A DNA stretch of 64,000 nt, from the NCBI GenBank assembly GCA_045542275.1, contig JAZQKP010000016.1, positions 5,576 to 69,575 of the forward strand, given 5' to 3'. The position numbers were made by a program, and so were the translations under genes. The notes under the pieces are model-generated. The model was not told the origin of the DNA. It searched no databases and saw only the letters and a program-made list of their open reading frames with translations. The DNA comes from Eubacteriales bacterium (GTDB lineage Bacteria; Bacillota; Clostridia; Oscillospirales; CAG-272). How positions within the stretch are numbered: position 1 is the stretch's first letter; every line of letters begins with the position of its first letter. Positions 26,015 to 34,673 of this stretch are shown here, piece after piece.

Positions 26015-27412
26015 ATGGCTAAAAAAGTTTTTATAACAGATACTGTTCTTCGTGACGCACATCAGTCTCAGGCTGCTACAAGAATGCGTCTTGAGGATAT
26101 GCTCCCCGCTTGTGAGGGTCTTGACAAGGCAGGCTACTGGTCACTTGAGTGCTGGGGCGGCGCAACCTTTGACTCCTGCATGCGTTTCCTTAAGGAAGAC
26201 CCCTGGGAAAGACTTCGTCAGCTTCGTAAGGCTATGCCTAACACAAAGCTTCAGATGCTTCTCCGCGGTCAGAACCTTCTTGGCTACAAGCACTACGCAG
26301 ACGACGTTGTAGATGCTTTCGTTAAGAAATCTATTGAAAACGGTATTGACGTTATCCGTATATTTGACGCACTTAACGACCCCCGTAATATGGAGGCTGC
26401 AATCAAGGCTACAAAGAAATACGGCGGACACGTTGAGGCTGCTATCAGCTATACAACAAGCCCTGTTCATAATGAGGAATACTTTGTAAATCTCGCTATG
26501 AAGCTCGAAGAAATGGGCGCTGATACAATTTGTATCAAGGATATGGCTAACCTTCTTCTTCCCTATGATGCCTATTCACTCGTTAAGGCACTTAAGGCAA
26601 AGGTTAAGGCTCCTATCCACCTTCACACACACAACACCACAGGTACAGGCGATATGACATACCTTATGGCTATCCAGGCTGGTGTTGATATTGTAGATAC
26701 TGCACTTTCTCCCCTTGCAAACGGTACATCACAGCCCTCTACTGAGGCTATGGTTGCTACACTTGCAGGTACAGAATACGATACAGGCATTGACCTTAAC
26801 AACCTTAGCGATGTAGCTGCTCACTTCAGAAAGGTAGCAGCAAAGCTTAAGGAGCAGGGCTCCCTTGACCCCAAGGTGCTTAACGTTGACCCCAACACAC
26901 TTCTCTATCAGGTACCCGGTGGAATGCTTTCCAACCTTATTTCCCAGCTTAAGCAGGCTAAGGCAGAGGATAAGTATTATGAGGTGCTTGCTGAAATTCC
27001 CAGAGTACGTAAGGACTTCGGTTATCCTCCCCTTGTAACTCCCACATCACAGTTCGTTGGTACACAGGCTGTTCTCAACGTTCTTTCCGGTGAAAGATAC
27101 AAGATGGTAACTAAGGAATCCAAGGGCCTTCTCCGTGGTGAGTACGGTATGCTTCCCGGTGAGGTAAACGAAGAGGTAAGAAAGAAGGCAATCGGCGATG
27201 CTGAGGTTATCACTTGCCGTCCTGCTGACCTTCTTGAGCCTGAGCTTGAAAAGTACCGTGCTGAGTATGCTGACGTAACAAAGAGTGATGAGGACGTTCT
27301 CTCCTGCGCACTCTTCCCACAGGTTGCACCTAAGTTCTTGGCTGAACGTGACAAGCCTGCCGTAGACGAAAACGCAGTACGTGAGCTTTTCGTTGAGGAC
27401 CTTGGTCTTTAA
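26015..27412 (+). CDS. oadA: Oxaloacetate decarboxylase alpha subunit, carboxyltransferase (5S/HMGL-like TIM barrel) without a fused biotin domain
   Basis: ITDTVLRDAHQS...ECWGGATFD...HLHTHNTTG motifs of the pyruvate carboxyltransferase domain. 465 aa. Confidence 0.9.
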   Translation: MAKKVFITDTVLRDAHQSQAATRMRLEDMLPACEGLDKAGYWSLECWGGATFDSCMRFLKEDPWERLRQLRKAMPNTKLQMLLRGQNLLGYKHYADDVVDAFVKKSIENGIDVIRIFDALNDPRNMEAAIKATKKYGGHVEAAISYTTSPVHNEEYFVNLAMKLEEMGADTICIKDMANLLLPYDAYSLVKALKAKVKAPIHLHTHNTTGTGDMTYLMAIQAGVDIVDTALSPLANGTSQPSTEAMVATLAGTEYDTGIDLNNLSDVAAHFRKVAAKLKEQGSLDPKVLNVDPNTLLYQVPGGMLSNLISQLKQAKAEDKYYEVLAEIPRVRKDFGYPPLVTPTSQFVGTQAVLNVLSGERYKMVTKESKGLLRGEYGMLPGEVNEEVRKKAIGDAEVITCRPADLLEPELEKYRAEYADVTKSDEDVLSCALFPQVAPKFLAERDKPAVDENAVRELFVEDLGL

Positions 27413-27580
27413 GCGATGTTCCATCGCAATGAATTGCCAAAGGCATGAATTGGCTTAAGCCATGAATTGCTACACATGAATTGCACTGCAGTGCATAAGG
27501 AAAAAGCAATTCAATTCATGGAGCGAAGCGAGAATTCATGATGCATAGCATCAATTCACGATGTGGACACATCAATTCAT
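27413..27580 (+). repeat. ATGAATTG/CAATTCAT composite structured repeat, family 1, copy 1
   Basis: Four ATGAATTG units are separated by short GC mini-hairpins (GCC-AAA-GGC, GGC-TTAA-GCC, GCAC-TGCA-GTGC). Units in the opposite orientation follow (CAATTCAATTCATG, GAATTCATG, CAATTCACG, CAATTCAT). Collinear with 53914-54086 and with the reverse complement of 46611-46837. Confidence 0.8.
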
Positions 27581-27588
27581 AACTAATA

Positions 27589-27625
27589 GAAAAAACGGAC
27601 ACCCACGTGTCCGTTTTTTATTTTG
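27589..27625. terminator. Bidirectional rho-independent terminator
   Basis: Stem ACGGACAC / GTGTCCGT with loop CCAC. A-run upstream, T-run downstream. Lies between convergent genes. Confidence 0.8.
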
Positions 27626-27629
27626 TTTA

Positions 27630-29114
27630 TTATTTCAGGCAGCCGGCTGCGTAGCCGTAATATTCCTCAAGGAAATCCTCGGCGCACTTACGCATAACTA
27701 CTGTAACCTTATCGTCACGGAAGGCAAAGGTCATATTACAGTTGCCAAGATATCTGTCAATAATCTGCACATAAATCATAAGCTTGCTATCGTCAAGCCA
27801 TGTGGCAGATACAGCATCATCATACATGAATCCATCGGTGGTACGTACTCCACCCACGTCGTTTGAGTAGCCAAGCTGAGGAAACTTACCGAATTCGTTT
27901 CTGTTAATCCCGAAATGAAGCTCCTTTTTGCCTTGCTCATTTATGTAGCGAAGTGTACCGCTGTCCCCATCAAAATTAAGAGTAAATTCGGTAATGCCCA
28001 TTCTGTTATCCTCAAGGGCGTAGGTCTTACCGTTTATTTTCTCTCGCATGGGAGAATCCTCATTACCCTTTATAGCCACAAGCTCTCTTGTAGAGGTAAG
28101 GGCTGTAAGCTCCTCATAAGCCTTTTCGTTTTCGGTTAAGGGGTGGGCGCTCATTTTATCCATAATAAGCTCAAAGAAATGGTTGATTATATATTCTCTG
28201 CCTGAGCCCTCGTCACCCTGACAGTCGGCTGTGCATACGAAAATCACATCGTCATCGGGCAGGCACACCGTAAGCTCATTACCCATACCCACAAAGGCAA
28301 AGCCGTTTCTCTCTGTGCGCCATATCAGATAGCCGTAGCCGTGGTGGAATGCGTAGGTTCTTGGCGCCTCTCTGTTGTCAACCACCTTTGATGTGGCAGT
28401 ACGCACATAGTCCTCACTCAAAAGCTGCTTACCGTTCCACTTGCCGTAATTCATCACAAAACGGGCAAAGGACATAATATCACGGCTTGTGCAAAGCATT
28501 GCGGAGTCGCCCCAGCTTTCTCCTGTGGGCACCTTAAGAATTTCAGCATTTCTGAATGTGCCAAGGTGAGAAAAAAGCTTCCTATTAAGATAATCAAATA
28601 AGGTAGTTCCGCATAAATCCTCAACAAGTGAGCTTAAAACCTGGGAGCCCTGACTGTCGTATTCCCAGATAGTACCGGGATAACGGCTCAGGCTTCTGTT
28701 ACAGTTAAAATAAAGATGTACTCTGTCCTTGTCCTCGTTTCCGAACCAAGGCTGACCGTAGCCCACAGTGCTCATTGTAAGCATATTGCGAATAGTCTGC
28801 ATACGTATATTCTCAGGCAGAGTCTTGTCTATTTTTTCGGGGAAGAAGTCAGCTATTCTGTCATCAAGAGAAAGCTTACCCTCATCGGCAAGAAAGCCGA
28901 TTGCCATAGCAACAAAGCTTTTTGTCTGGGAATACATACGGTGGTTTTTATTTCTGTTAAAGGGTGCAAAGTAGCACTCGCAGAAAAGAGAGTCTCCCTT
29001 CATCATAAGAACGCTGTGCATAGGGATACCTCTGCGCTCAAGAAGCTCTATATATCTTTTTACCGCCTTACTTTTAACACCGGCAGCCTCGGGTGTGATT
29101 TTATCAAACAACAT
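27630..29114 (-). CDS. Beta-lactamase-fold serine hydrolase (class C / PBP4*-like family) with a C-terminal extra domain
   Basis: 494 aa. SxxK motif in MYSQTKSFVAMAIG. Conserved HHGYGY/YLIW-type segments of the PF00144-like family. Confidence 0.85.
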   Translation of the reverse strand: MLFDKITPEAAGVKSKAVKRYIELLERRGIPMHSVLMMKGDSLFCECYFAPFNRNKNHRMYSQTKSFVAMAIGFLADEGKLSLDDRIADFFPEKIDKTLPENIRMQTIRNMLTMSTVGYGQPWFGNEDKDRVHLYFNCNRSLSRYPGTIWEYDSQGSQVLSSLVEDLCGTTLFDYLNRKLFSHLGTFRNAEILKVPTGESWGDSAMLCTSRDIMSFARFVMNYGKWNGKQLLSEDYVRTATSKVVDNREAPRTYAFHHGYGYLIWRTERNGFAFVGMGNELTVCLPDDDVIFVCTADCQGDEGSGREYIINHFFELIMDKMSAHPLTENEKAYEELTALTSTRELVAIKGNEDSPMREKINGKTYALEDNRMGITEFTLNFDGDSGTLRYINEQGKKELHFGINRNEFGKFPQLGYSNDVGGVRTTDGFMYDDAVSATWLDDSKLMIYVQIIDRYLGNCNMTFAFRDDKVTVVMRKCAEDFLEEYYGYAAGCLK

Positions 29115-29305
29115 ATTTTTCTCCTTAAATACATTACTGAAATTATAATATCATTTTTTTATTCTTTTGGCAATAGGAAATCTGTCCTATTGCTGTTTTT
29201 ATTTTAAATTTTTTGTATGTACGTTTACATACATACGTGCGTGTGCGTAGGTGAACGCAGGGTGATTTTGTATGATTTTTTGAGAAAAAATGCACTTTTT
29301 TAAAA

Positions 29306-29334
29306 TTACTTAATTTATATAATAAATTAAGTAA
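29306..29334. promoter_or_regulatory. 29-bp palindrome (13-bp perfect arms) containing TATAAT; candidate operator/promoter of the phage-like cluster
   Basis: In TTACTTAATTTATATAATAAATTAAGTAA, all 13 arm positions pair around a 3-nt centre. TATAAT sits at 29318-29323. I saw no good -35 hexamer at 17-nt spacing. It lies 83 nt upstream of the first cluster gene. Confidence 0.5.
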
Positions 29335-29416
29335 AAGTCTAACGTTTTCTAACGCTTTGGTTATGCAATAATAAGGTTGCGGGGGACAACCGACACAAAG
29401 GGAAAGGAGATGCACA

Positions 29417-29782
29417 ATGAAAAAGGTAAAAGCGATTAAGGTAACAAAGAGGAGCGCCGAAAAATGTAAGGAGCGTTTCGCCCTGCAATCTATGGAGATT
29501 GTAGGCTTGGCTCAGGCGATTATAAAGCGAAGATTAGAACGGGCTCTCTTTTGTGAGGAGGAGCTTGATTGCCTTATGCAGACGCTTCTCCATCATGCCG
29601 AGGTGTGCGAGGATAAGGGAAAAAGCAAGACTATAATATCAAAATTTGATTCCCTCCGAATTGAAGATATTACAAAGCTTGTCTCCCTTATAAAGAGTAT
29701 GGGCGACAGGGAGCCGACAGGTAGGACGGAAATCAAGGAGGGTGAGCAGGTAAAAATAAAGTTTGAGGATTTATATGGATAA
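29417..29782 (+). CDS. Hypothetical protein in the small-terminase position
   Basis: 121 aa, basic N-terminus. Immediately precedes the large terminase and overlaps it by 8 nt. Assigned by position only. Confidence 0.35.
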   Translation: MKKVKAIKVTKRSAEKCKERFALQSMEIVGLAQAIIKRRLERALFCEEELDCLMQTLLHHAEVCEDKGKSKTIISKFDSLRIEDITKLVSLIKSMGDREPTGRTEIKEGEQVKIKFEDLYG

Positions 29783-31544
29783 TGCAAGAGAGCTTATTTC
29801 CTCCCTTGTAAAAAGGCGAAGAGAGGCTTGGGAGACTAAGGGCAGCATCTCTCTGGATAAAAGAATATGTAGGGAAAATGCCGACATAATTCTTGACACA
29901 CCACATCTGAGAGATGAAGTAATAAAATCACCCTATCTGCTTATTGAGCCCTGCTTCTCTCTTGTAAGCAAGGAAAAAAGGGACTGCCCCTTTTTCCTTA
30001 ACACCGTGCAAAGAGATTTTATTTTCCGTCTCGAAAAGCACGGAACCAAAAGGCCCTACTTTATCTTAAAGGGGCGGCAGCAGGGCTTTACAACCCTTAT
30101 TACAGCTATTCAGCTTTCCTTTGCCATAGTAAGAAGAAATTTCAGCGGCTTCACCGTAGCAGACAGGGACGATAATGTTAAATCGATTTTCCTTGACAAG
30201 GCTAAGCTTATGTACTCCCGTCTGCCCTCACGGCTTAAGCCTACTGAACGCTTTAATTCCTCAAATGAGCTTTATTTTGATAAGCTTAACAGCTCCTGGA
30301 GAGTAAGCTGCGCCACGGAAAATCTTGGAAGAAGCCGTACTCTTTCCTTTATCCACTATTCCGAGGCGTCATTCTTTAAATGCTCTCTTGCCTCTCTGCA
30401 GCGCTCCCTACAGGAGTGTCTTATTCCCGATGCCCTTTGCATCTACGAAACTACGGCAAACGGCTACGGAGAATCAAAGGAGCTGTGGGATAGCGAAGCC
30501 TGTGTAAACCTCTTTTATGAGTGGTGGCTGAGTGATGAGTACGAAAGGGACACAATGCCCGAAATAAAAATGGATTCCTTTATTAAAAAAAGAATAGAGC
30601 TTCTTCGTTCCCTTGGCTTAAGGGAAGAAAAAATCAACTGGTACGTGTGGAAATACAGCACCTACATAGACAAAAGCGCAATCAAGCAGGAATATCCCTG
30701 CACAAGTGAGGAGGCTTTTATTTCCACAGCAGAATCCATTTTTGACAGAGACAGCATTTCTCAGCATATGGCACAGGGTCTGCCTGAGTATTCTCTTGGC
30801 TACTTTATCTATGATAAGGAGAATGTGCCTATCTATTCGGAGGACGGCAGAGTTATCCACTACCACAAGCGTATAACTAACATAAGGTTTAAAAAAAGCG
30901 ATAACGGGTATATAAAAATCGTGGAGCTGCCTTACCGACGAGAGTACTCCGACAAAATCGAGGAAAGACCTTACGTAATCGGCGCTGATACCTCAGGCAC
31001 AGGCAGTGACTACTTTGCTGCCAAGGTTATTGACAACACAAACGGAAAATGCGTGGCTTCTCTCCACAAGCAGAAAATTGATGAGGACTTGTTTTCCGAG
31101 CAGCTATACTGTCTTGGTATGTACTACAATGAGGCGCTTTTGGGTGTGGAAACAAACTATTCCCGTCACCCTGTGCGTGTTTTACGTTCTCTCGGCTATG
31201 TAAATCTCTATTCCGCCAACACCGAGGAATACTGTGGCTTTCTTACCACCTCCGTAACCCGTCCTATTATCATAGCCAACCTTGTCAGCGTAATGCGTGA
31301 CTGTATAAGCCTTGAAACCGACAGGGATACCTTACTTGAAATGCTTGATTTCGCTAAAAGTCCGTCAGGCAAGGCACAGGCTGTAAGCGGTAAGCACGAT
31401 GACCTTGTTATATCCTCTGCAATTGCAAGGTACATAGGCCTTGGCTACGATTGTCAGCTAAGGGTGAAAAAGCAGATTTACGACACTCTCCCCCGTAATT
31501 TCACCCTTGAGCCAAAAGAAAATAACAGTTATATGGAGTGGTAA
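29775..31544 (+). CDS. Phage terminase large subunit
   Basis: Walker A-like ILKGRQQGFTTL, Walker B-like LSFIHYSE, coupling-like ETTANG. C-terminal RNase H-like nuclease motifs VIGADTSGTGSDYFAAKV and GKHDDLVISSAIA. Confidence 0.8.
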   Translation: MDNARELISSLVKRRREAWETKGSISLDKRICRENADIILDTPHLRDEVIKSPYLLIEPCFSLVSKEKRDCPFFLNTVQRDFIFRLEKHGTKRPYFILKGRQQGFTTLITAIQLSFAIVRRNFSGFTVADRDDNVKSIFLDKAKLMYSRLPSRLKPTERFNSSNELYFDKLNSSWRVSCATENLGRSRTLSFIHYSEASFFKCSLASLQRSLQECLIPDALCIYETTANGYGESKELWDSEACVNLFYEWWLSDEYERDTMPEIKMDSFIKKRIELLRSLGLREEKINWYVWKYSTYIDKSAIKQEYPCTSEEAFISTAESIFDRDSISQHMAQGLPEYSLGYFIYDKENVPIYSEDGRVIHYHKRITNIRFKKSDNGYIKIVELPYRREYSDKIEERPYVIGADTSGTGSDYFAAKVIDNTNGKCVASLHKQKIDEDLFSEQLYCLGMYYNEALLGVETNYSRHPVRVLRSLGYVNLYSANTEEYCGFLTTSVTRPIIIANLVSVMRDCISLETDRDTLLEMLDFAKSPSGKAQAVSGKHDDLVISSAIARYIGLGYDCQLRVKKQIYDTLPRNFTLEPKENNSYMEW

Positions 31545-31546
31545 AA

Positions 31547-31726
31547 ATGTTTAAAGGAACTATTAAGGCTCGGCTTAAAAGAGCCGAGGAGGAGATTTCA
31601 CGCCTTAAAGATGAAAACAAAAGAATTATTGACGCACTTGAGCGAGGAGACGGAAATAACAGCATTACCTGCGCCCGTCTTATTGACGAGTGGGTAAACG
31701 GAAGGGAGGGAGAAAATGAACGATAA
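31547..31726 (+). CDS. Small coiled-coil hypothetical protein
   Basis: 59 aa from the ATG at 31547, after a GGAG RBS. KARLKRAEEEISRLKDENKRI. Confidence 0.4.
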   Translation: MFKGTIKARLKRAEEEISRLKDENKRIIDALERGDGNNSITCARLIDEWVNGREGENER

Positions 31727-33419
31727 GGATTTTGCAGCTCTTATCTATGAACGGTACGAAAGCGGAATTGAGTATCAGAACAGCCTTGGGCTTCGCCGTC
31801 TTATCCCCGAATATGTGCGCTTTTATGAGGGAAAGCAATGGCCTGAGCCAACAAGGAATACAAGAAATCTTCCCCGTCCCGTTATCAACATTGTAAAAAT
31901 GATTTGCAGAAACAAAAAGAGTGCGATTTTATCCACTCCCGTAAGGATTTTATATAAATCCAAGGATAAGCGTGTGGATACAGACCCTCTTAACGCCTTT
32001 TCCGACACTGTCCTTAAGGACCTTGACCAGGACGCACTTGATAAGAATGCTATTGACGATGCAACCAAAAAGGGCTCTTACTTTTATCATTATTACTGGG
32101 ATAGCGAGGGAGAAAGTGCCTATGGGCTTAAGGACGGTGCTCTTCGCTGTGAGCTTATTGACCCACTTAACATCTTTTTTGAAAATCCCTGTCAGCTTGA
32201 TGAGCAAAAGCAGGGCTGGATTATTATTTCAACAAGGGATAAGGTGGAAAATGTAATTAAAAATGCCGAGGAGGGTGTGGATAAAACCCAGATTTTGCCC
32301 GATGAGGAGCTTGGAGCTTCTAACCCGTCCAAGGAAATGTGCACCGTTCTTACAATGTACTATAAAAAGGAAAATCAGGTTTTCTGTGTCCGTTCCGTAA
32401 AGAACACGGTAATTAAGAGGGAATTTCCTATTTCCCCTAACAAAAATCTTGCCTATGAGGCGCTTGGTGTAGAGAAAAACAGCAAACGTACCGAAAATTT
32501 TGCAACGCTTTACCCTATTGTGTGCGGCTACTATGAAAAAAGGGACAGATGTATATATGGACTTAGCGAGGTAGAGGGGCTTATCCCTAATCAGAAGGCT
32601 ATTAACTTCAATATCGCCATGTCCCTTTTAAACGCACAGGAGGTGGCGTGGGGCAAGTATATCGCTTTGCCCGGAGCCCTTAAGGGTCAGACTATTACAA
32701 ATGCCCCGGGGCAGATTCTTGTTGACTATACAGGCACAGGCAACGGCATTAAAAAGATGCAGGAAAGCTATATGCAGTCCTACCCTGTTGAGCTGGTAAA
32801 GACTATTACCGACCTTACACGAAGCGTAACGGGAACATCTGAGTTTATGACAGGCGAGGTAGAGGGCGCAGGAATGTCGGGCACGGCAATTGCAAGGCTT
32901 CAGTCTCAGGCGCTTCTTCCCATTGAGGATTTACGTGCTACCTTTATGGCAGTCAAGAGAAAGCAAGGCAGAGTTCTTGCTCAGTTCTATAAGCTCTACT
33001 TCCCAAAATGTACCTTTGAGTATTCCTCTGAGGAAAAAGGGAGCATTATCGCCCACTTTGATCCCGATGATTACGACGGCAAGGACCTTGAAATCATTGT
33101 AGAAACCGTCCTTGGCGCAAACGCATCTGTGGCAGGAGATATTACAATGCTTGACAACCTTTTAAAGAGTGGCAAGATTTCTCTTGAGGCGTACATCGGC
33201 GCTTACCCCGACAGCGCCCTTACAGACAAGAAAAAGCTTCTTGCACGTATTAAGGAATCAAAGGAAGCTGAGGCGATTTCCTATAAGGAGGAGATTAAAC
33301 GTCTTGAAGCTCAGCTTAAGGAAAACGAAAGCACTGTCAGCCGTGTATCAGCTATAATCAGCGAAAATAAATCTCTTAAGGAGATTATAGCAAAGGAGTA
33401 TTCAAATGGACGAAAATAA
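31716..33419 (+). CDS. Phage portal protein (by position, size and N-terminal pattern)
   Basis: 567 aa, directly after the terminase. The N-terminus YVRFYEGKQWPEP is reminiscent of portal families. Acidic coiled-coil C-terminus. Confidence 0.6.
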   Translation: MNDKDFAALIYERYESGIEYQNSLGLRRLIPEYVRFYEGKQWPEPTRNTRNLPRPVINIVKMICRNKKSAILSTPVRILYKSKDKRVDTDPLNAFSDTVLKDLDQDALDKNAIDDATKKGSYFYHYYWDSEGESAYGLKDGALRCELIDPLNIFFENPCQLDEQKQGWIIISTRDKVENVIKNAEEGVDKTQILPDEELGASNPSKEMCTVLTMYYKKENQVFCVRSVKNTVIKREFPISPNKNLAYEALGVEKNSKRTENFATLYPIVCGYYEKRDRCIYGLSEVEGLIPNQKAINFNIAMSLLNAQEVAWGKYIALPGALKGQTITNAPGQILVDYTGTGNGIKKMQESYMQSYPVELVKTITDLTRSVTGTSEFMTGEVEGAGMSGTAIARLQSQALLPIEDLRATFMAVKRKQGRVLAQFYKLYFPKCTFEYSSEEKGSIIAHFDPDDYDGKDLEIIVETVLGANASVAGDITMLDNLLKSGKISLEAYIGAYPDSALTDKKKLLARIKESKEAEAISYKEEIKRLEAQLKENESTVSRVSAIISENKSLKEIIAKEYSNGRK

Positions 33420-33759
33420 TATTCACGATAGCGACTTTGCACTTCTCTATCCCGACGTAAACAAGGAGGAGCTTCTTGCAAATGAGGAATTCAATCTCTT
33501 TGCAGGCAGCCGTCTTTCAGCCGAGGAGCTGTCGGAGGTGTACCGTGGCTATCTTGACTTAACGGAAAGAATAAGAAAGCGTGAAATGGAAAAGGCTGCA
33601 GATATTCTTGCAAAAAAGCTTTCCTCCGTTGGCGCACTTAACAACTCAAACCCTCCCGAAAATACATATTTCACAAGGGAGCAGGTAAAGGGCATGAGCC
33701 GTGCCGAGATTAAGGCTAACTATGAAAAAATAAGAAAAAGCCAGGAAAAATGGCAGTAA
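33406..33759 (+). CDS. Scaffolding-like protein
   Basis: 117 aa, acidic, helical/coiled. Lies between the portal and capsid genes. Confidence 0.4.
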   Translation: MDENNIHDSDFALLYPDVNKEELLANEEFNLFAGSRLSAEELSEVYRGYLDLTERIRKREMEKAADILAKKLSSVGALNNSNPPENTYFTREQVKGMSRAEIKANYEKIRKSQEKWQ

Positions 33760-33780
33760 AAATGAAAAGGAGAATTTATT

Positions 33781-34611
33781 ATGGCATATGAAAATTTTAT
33801 TCCCTCTGTGTGGTCAGAGGCTATTAACAGAGGTCTTGAAAGAGAATGCGTTTTCGTTCAGGACTGTAACAGACAGTACGAGGGCGATGTATCCAAGATG
33901 GGCGACTCCGTCCATATCCTTGGCGTAGGTAAGCCCACTATCAAGACTCTTGAAAGAGCTAACGCAAGCGGTGAAATCGACGCTGCCGAGGAGGTATCAG
34001 ACAGCTCCGTTATTCTTAACATCAACCAGATTCGCTACTTCAACTACAAGGTTGGCGATATTGATAAGGCTCAGGCAATTGGCGGCCTTATGGATGCGCT
34101 CTCCGAGGAGACAGCAGAGGGCATTTCCAATGAAATGGATAAGTTTGTTGCTAATATGGCAACAGAGGCAACAAAGCTTTATACCGAGGATAAGGTGGTA
34201 ACAAAGGATAATGTCCTTGATATTCTTGATGATGCTATCGAGGCGCTTCAGGATAAGGATGTAAACATTTCCTCCGGTGTAAGCATTACTATCTCGCCTA
34301 AGTTCTATAAGCTCTTTAAGAGAGCCTACATTGAAAAGGATACGGACAACAGCGAGTTCCTTAAAAACGGTGTGGTAGCAAGATATGGCGCAGTTACTAT
34401 CCGTATGTCAAAGAATGTTGCAAGGACAGGCGACACCGATAATATGATGATCAGAACCAAGCGTGCCATCGCCTTTGTAAACCCTCTTACACATACAGAG
34501 GCATACCGTCCCGAAAAATCCTTTGCAGACGCAGTTAAGGGCTTTGTCCTCTTTGACGGCAAAATAGTTCGTCCTGACGAAATCATTAACGTAAACGTAA
34601 AGTACGCGTAA
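33781..34611 (+). CDS. Major capsid protein (P22-coat/HK97-fold-like N-terminal signature)
   Basis: 276 aa. The N-terminus MAYENFIPSVWSEAINRGLERECVFVQDCNRQYEGDVSKMGDSVHI matches the recurrent NFIPxxWS...V....V.R.YEG......GD.V.I pattern of this coat-protein family. Lies in the capsid position. Confidence 0.7.
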   Translation: MAYENFIPSVWSEAINRGLERECVFVQDCNRQYEGDVSKMGDSVHILGVGKPTIKTLERANASGEIDAAEEVSDSSVILNINQIRYFNYKVGDIDKAQAIGGLMDALSEETAEGISNEMDKFVANMATEATKLYTEDKVVTKDNVLDILDDAIEALQDKDVNISSGVSITISPKFYKLFKRAYIEKDTDNSEFLKNGVVARYGAVTIRMSKNVARTGDTDNMMIRTKRAIAFVNPLTHTEAYRPEKSFADAVKGFVLFDGKIVRPDEIINVNVKYA

Positions 34612-34622
34612 TTTAATTTTGG

Positions 34623-34644
34623 GGGCAGCAAGCAATTGTTGCCC
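34623..34644 (+). promoter_or_regulatory. Stem-loop with GCAA (GNRA) tetraloop directly after the capsid gene
   Basis: GGGCAGCAA-GCAA-TTGTTGCCC forms a 9-bp stem including one G-U pair. No strong U-tract follows. It could be an attenuating terminator or an mRNA stabiliser. Confidence 0.4.
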
Positions 34645-34673
34645 TTAAATTTAAAATACAGAAAGGAGAAAAA

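Noticed and set aside
23992-27412. Alternative assignment of the decarboxylase operon as methylmalonyl-CoA or glutaconyl-CoA decarboxylase
   Set aside because: The carboxyltransferase subunit has the HMGL-like TIM-barrel (pyruvate/oxaloacetate 5S-type) motifs, not the crotonase-fold acyl-CoA carboxyltransferase motifs. Oxaloacetate decarboxylase is preferred. Substrate is still an inference.
27413-27580. Possibility that the ATGAATTG arrays are CRISPR arrays
   Set aside because: The units are 8-9 nt with 3-13 nt between them, far shorter than CRISPR repeats and spacers. The array reverses orientation midway. The intervening segments are themselves conserved hairpins shared between copies. 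No cas genes are present in the window.
21270-29233. The idea that the BlaI/BlaR1-like pair is a beta-lactam sensor controlling the beta-lactamase-fold hydrolase at 27630..29114, whose upstream region has the inverted repeat TGTATGTA-CGTT-TACATACA
   Set aside because: The M56 protein's C-terminal domain shows no convincing penicillin-binding motif set. The hydrolase is 4 kb away across an unrelated operon. Its upstream repeat has the half-sites in the opposite arrangement (ATGTA..TACAT) to the TACAnnTGTA operator type. No direct support.
29143-29415. Reverse-strand ORF 29143..29415 (90 aa) in the region upstream of the phage-like cluster, as a possible repressor
   Set aside because: It has no RBS, its composition is odd (Cys/Leu/Lys-rich), and it spans the palindromes and hairpins. 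It is more plausibly non-coding regulatory DNA.
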